Below, piece by piece: positions 22,620 to 24,000 of a stretch of DNA of 24,000 bases. The stretch is from contig JAFSIR010000010.1 in assembly GCA_017439715.1 (NCBI GenBank), forward strand, positions 22,726 to 46,725. Reading direction: 5' to 3'. Numbering within the stretch: the first letter of the stretch is position 1; each line of letters starts with the position of its first letter. Source of the DNA: Clostridia bacterium (GTDB lineage Bacteria; Bacillota; Clostridia; Christensenellales; QAND01). The notes under the pieces are model-generated. The model was not told the DNA's origin and ran no database searches. It saw only the letters and a program-made list of their open reading frames with translations. Position numbers and translations under genes: made by a program.

Positions 22620-24000
22620 GCTTTTTTGCCCCGCGGGCGGGCGGGCCGTGTCGGCCGGGGCGGGCGCGCCGTCGGCACGAGCGAATCGGTTTCATGGCCG
22701 ATCAGGTCAGTGCGGCCCGCTTTTTGCAGGGCTTTTCGCACCGCCTCTGCATTTTTGGGCAGGTAAAACTGCAGCAGGGCGCGCTGCATGGCTTTTTCCT
22801 GCTCGCTGCGCGGCACATACACCGGTTTTTCCGTGCGCGGGTCCATGCCCGTGTAGAACATGGCGGTTGACAGCGTGCCCGGCGTAGGATAAAAATCCTG
22901 CACCTGTTCGGGCCGCTGGCCCGTTTTTTTCATGTAACAGGCAAGCTCGATCGCCGCATCCAGATCGCTGCCCGGATGGCTGGAGATAAAATACGGCACA
23001 AGAAACTGCTTTTTGCCTTTTTTACGGTTTAAATCATAATAGCGCTTGCAGAATCGATCATACAGGTCTATTTCCGGCTTGCCCATCAGCTCCAACACTC
23101 TTCTGCTCGCATGCTCGGGCGCAACCTTGAGCTGCCCGCTGATGTGCGATTCCACCAGCTCTTCCAAAAACGCCGGGTCATTATCATACATTATATAATC
23201 GTACCGCAAACCGGAGCGCACAAATACGCGGCGCACGCCTTTAACGGCCCTGAGCTTTTTGAGCAGCACGCGGTAATCATAATGGCTCACCTGCAGGTTG
23301 GGGCATCGCGGCCACAGGCACTGCTTGTTTGCGCAGGCCCCGCGTTTTAACTGGTCCGGGCAGGCCGGCTGGCGGAAATTGGCTGTGGGGCCGCCCACGT
23401 CATGAATGATCCCTTTAAAATCGGGGTCCTGCGTCATGCGCTGCGCTTCTCCCACAATCGATTCATGGCTGCGCGTCTGCACGATGCGGCCCTGGTGATA
23501 GGTGAGCGAGCAGAACGAACAGCCCCCGTAACAGCCGCGGGAAGACACCAGCGAAAATTTCACTTCTTCCAGCCCGGGAATCGGTTTTTGATAGCTTGGG
23601 TGCGGCGCGCGCGTATAGGGCAGGTCATACACCGCATCCATCTCCTGCCGCGTCAGCGGCGCGGAGGGCGGGTTTGCAATCACATACCCTTTTTCAAACG
23701 CCTGCGCGATGCGCCGGCCGCGCACCCCATCGTTTTCCCGCTGCTGCAGCATGAACGCGCGGTTATACGCCTTTTTGTCTTCGCACACTTTGCCGTGCGC
23801 CGGCATCTGGATGCAGGCCAGCCCTTCGGCCGAGGTGCGGATAAAGCATGTGCCGCGCACATCATCTATCTCTTTTACCGGACGGCCGGCTTTGAGCGCG
23901 TGCGCCACGCCCAGCACCGGTTTTTCCCCCATGCCGTAAATCAAAAGATCCGCGCCGGTATCCACCAGCACGCTGTGCCTTACTTTGTTATCCCAATAAT
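22616..24000 (-). CDS. ygiQ: YgiQ-family (UPF0313) radical SAM protein, N-terminus beyond the window end
   Basis: The radical-SAM cluster motif SRGCYGGCSFCS is followed by HDVGGPTANFR and the family-typical C-terminal domain, with a basic Pro/Arg tail. The reading frame remains open to position 24000. Confidence 0.85.
   Translation of the reverse strand, partial: YWDNKVRHSVLVDTGADLLIYGMGEKPVLGVAHALKAGRPVKEIDDVRGTCFIRTSAEGLACIQMPAHGKVCEDKKAYNRAFMLQQRENDGVRGRRIAQAFEKGYVIANPPSAPLTRQEMDAVYDLPYTRAPHPSYQKPIPGLEEVKFSLVSSRGCYGGCSFCSLTYHQGRIVQTRSHESIVGEAQRMTQDPDFKGIIHDVGGPTANFRQPACPDQLKRGACANKQCLWPRCPNLQVSHYDYRVLLKKLRAVKGVRRVFVRSGLRYDYIMYDNDPAFLEELVESHISGQLKVAPEHASRRVLELMGKPEIDLYDRFCKRYYDLNRKKGKKQFLVPYFISSHPGSDLDAAIELACYMKKTGQRPEQVQDFYPTPGTLSTAMFYTGMDPRTEKPVYVPRSEQEKAMQRALLQFYLPKNAEAVRKALQKAGRTDLIGHETDSLVPTARPPRPTRPARPRGKKA

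Overview
This 24-kb window looks like core chromosome from a high-GC, spore-forming Firmicute (Clostridia-like). That assignment is inferred from gene content and Bacillus-like synteny; no database search was possible. Almost all genes lie on the minus strand. I see no IS elements, CRISPR arrays, rRNA genes or recognisable defence systems.

Gene order by coordinate:
- A TetM/EF-G-family GTPase (5' partial) and a MazG-like NTP pyrophosphohydrolase, both on the plus strand.
- A UPF0126/TRIC 'glycine transporter' membrane protein under a tandem glycine riboswitch.
- ktrA and ktrB (K+ uptake).
- About 640 nt of unassigned, highly base-paired noncoding DNA.
- A frameshifted, 5'-truncated remnant of a cell-surface protein gene in an AT-richer patch.
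- An elongator-type tRNA-Met(CAT) and an initiator tRNA-fMet, driven by a consensus promoter.
- A Ppx/GppA phosphatase, then yabR, divIC, yabQ and yabP.
- prfB, with a +1 programmed frameshift at CUU UAA C rather than the canonical CUU UGA C.
- secA, hpf and a small zinc-ribbon protein gene.
- A ~250-nt promoter-driven noncoding gap that sits where the raiA-motif RNA is known to lie (between comFC and raiA/hpf).
- comFC, translationally coupled to a recD2-type helicase.
- A ttcA-like PP-loop ATPase on the plus strand.
- mbl/mreB, spoIIID, a Na/Pi cotransporter-PhoU fusion, a flavodoxin-like protein, a GtrA-family protein and a ygiQ radical-SAM gene (5' partial at the window end).

The items most worth follow-up are the orphan structured noncoding block at 5485-5992, the putative raiA-motif RNA, and the UAA-type RF2 frameshift cassette. 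RNA ends, promoters and family assignments come from reading the sequence only and need covariance-model or database confirmation.
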